Source: Microthyrium microscopicum
Taxonomy: Eukaryota
Assembly: GCA_010405405.1 (NCBI GenBank)
Contig: MU004234.1
Coordinates: 1,763,275-1,827,274, forward strand
DNA length: 64,000 nt
Direction: 5' to 3'
Below the pieces are notes generated by a model. It worked only from the letters and a program-made list of their open reading frames with translations, did no database searches and had not been told where the DNA came from. Position numbers and translations under genes: made by a program. How positions within the stretch are numbered: the stretch's first letter is position 1; the number at the start of each line of letters is the position of its first letter. Positions 62,038 to 64,000 of the stretch are shown piece after piece.

Positions 62038-63829
62038 AGATATAGTTCAAACTTACTATAGGTCTTAAGTAGGTAATAGTAAATTAAGAGGTATAGTTAA
62101 AGTATACGCTACTAGTAAAGATATTAATATAAATAGACTAATACTATATAGCATAGTAGAAGGTAGTTACATTATACTATAAGTAGATTTAACTAGTAAT
62201 AAGAATAGTATGCTAAGAAAATAGATAAACTATAGTAGCTAATCTATAAGAGCTAAGTAGAAAGATAGCGCTAGTATTTATATATATAATAAAGTAATAT
62301 AATATACTCTAAATATGCCTACTATAGCTTAAGAAGTATAAAGTATAAAAAGACGTTATTTATCTTACTTATTCTACGTTTTAGCTTAAAGATTAGCTTT
62401 ATCTTCTACCCTCTTATGCGCTTAACTCTAAGTAGCGTTAATTTCTTACTTATACTTCTTAAATTCTATATCTCTTAACTCTTTCTCTCTATCTAGCTTT
62501 TCTTAAGATTAATAATTACGTTCTATAATATAACTCGCCTTAGTAGCTTAAGAATTAAGACGAGCTTATATTAATATATTAATAACTTATATAACTATAC
62601 CTTATACTTCTCTCTATTCTTATTCTACCTACTTATTACTAGTATAAGCCTTACGCTCTCTCTAATACTTAAGTACTTCTAGTAAAGGATTTATAATAGA
62701 ACTATTAACTAAATAAGTAGATACTTATTACTATAATTAAGAACCTATAATAGAGTAGTAAAGACTATTATTATTAATAAAATAAGAGTAATCTTTATTT
62801 AGATATTCCCTTTTATTATAAACGTAAATAAATAAAATTTCATCCTATCTAGCTTACTTAGTAGTAAATACATTACCCTAAAGAGTAATATAATCTATAA
62901 GCTAATTTTAATAAGGAGTAAGTATTAAAGTATATTTACTAATATTACTAGTAATAGCTAACGTAGTAGGCGCCTTTAGCTCTATTTTATAACGTATATT
63001 TATATTAACTTTATAACAACTACTCTTTAAGTAATTAGTATAATAAAAGATATCTAATACCTATATCTATAAATTAAAAAGTTTAATAGTTAAGTTAATT
63101 AGAGTAGTAGAAGTAAAGGTAGCTAATTTATACGTAGATTTCTAGTTAATATAGATATTATTAACTATATAATCTTAATCTTTTATATATCTACTTAAAG
63201 TAACTAACTTTCTCTTAATTATAGTAATAAAGAACTCTATATAATTAATTCTACTATGATCCTAAACTATAATAAAAGTACTACTACTTACTTTAATATA
63301 GACCTTAAGGGTAAAATTAATAATATAGTCTACTAAAGCCCTTAACGTATTACTAGTATTTAGATTAACGTTACTACTAGGTATAATTAACTTATTAACC
63401 CTAGTATACTTCTTCTATATAGAATAATACCTCTCCTTTTACTTCTCCTTCTACTATAGTATAAATTTATAGCGCTTAGTAGTAGTAGGCATAGGTAAGC
63501 TACCCTCTTTGCCTTTATCTTTATTAACATCTTTGTTATTATTAATATCTTTAACCTTATTAATATCTTTAATATCGTCTAGCCTACTTAAGCTATTATT
63601 ATCCTTATCCTTAATATTATCTAACCTACTTATCTTATTATTACTAACTATCTTAACCCTATTATCTTTATTATTAATACTAGACTTAAAAGTAATATAT
63701 TTACCTCTAAACGTTACTAACTTTATAGTTACCCTCTTATCTACTAGTATTATTAAAGAATATCTATCTATAATATAGTAGGTAACCCTCTTATTACTCT
63801 TAAGATTACTCTAAGCAATAACTTTAGCC

Positions 63830-63980
63830 TTCTTAGGGATTAGTTTAGTAGTAAGCATCTTATTAAGATTTAATTTAGTAGTAAGCGTCTTCTTAAGAAT
63901 TAGTTTAATAGTAAGCGTCTTCTTAAGAATTAGTTTAGCAATAGGTTTCTTTATAGAAATAGGTTTAGCTATAGGTATCT
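63830..63980 (-). repeat. 30-bp tandem coding repeat (about 5 copies)
   Basis: TTCTTAAGAATTAGTTTAGTAGTAAGCGTC-like units; the minus strand reads KKTLTTKLI-type decapeptides (plausibly KKTPAAKP before RIP). Confidence 0.7.
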
Positions 63981-64000
63981 TTTTAGTATTTAGTATAGCC

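Larger units (their letters stand above)
53368..64000 (-). mobile_element. Unclassified RIPed host element interrupted by the Gypsy insertion and continuing beyond the window
   Basis: RIPed sequence runs on both sides of the Gypsy TSD. A long degenerate minus-strand frame has coiled-coil and acidic stretches and 30-bp coding repeats. Possible terminus TAGGGGTCGTTTT at about 53368. Confidence 0.45.

Noticed and set aside
63509..63778. 89-aa Leu/Ile/Ser-rich ORF
   Set aside because: Antisense of a RIPed acidic tract, not a membrane protein gene.

Overview
Window from a filamentous ascomycete (spliceosomal introns; AT-rich, CpA/TpG-depleted blocks typical of repeat-induced point mutation, RIP). 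GC-balanced gene blocks (about 1.15-29.9 kb and 41.2-47.4 kb) carry a DHA1-type MFS transporter, a cation/H+ antiporter, two uncharacterised membrane proteins, a Zn2Cys6 transcription factor, a Rec114-like protein, RSC9, SWF1, a DUF427 protein, an S10 carboxypeptidase, an omega-class GST, a BIM1/X325-like GPI-anchored protein and a conserved hypothetical protein. Main result: the NRT2/CrnA nitrate transporter gene is split inside its nitrate-signature motif by an 11.2-kb RIP-degraded DNA transposon (29930-41153). It has 214-bp terminal inverted repeats, TAT...ATA ends, a 6-bp target duplication, a Clr5-domain/integrase-fold DDE transposase (IS3EU-like), a second ORF and about 7 kb of unexplained internal sequence. 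The same gene also has an independent 11-bp tandem duplication frameshift. The transcription factor's stop codon is followed by 184 further in-frame sense codons (readthrough, editing or alternative splicing candidate). The right 16.5 kb is a nest of RIPed elements: a Tc1 DD34E element, an un-RIPed LTR-like end at a scaffold gap, and a full-length chromovirus Ty3/Gypsy with 222-bp LTRs and a CTCCT TSD inside another element. All RIPed ORFs were reconstructed by eye and no database searches were run.
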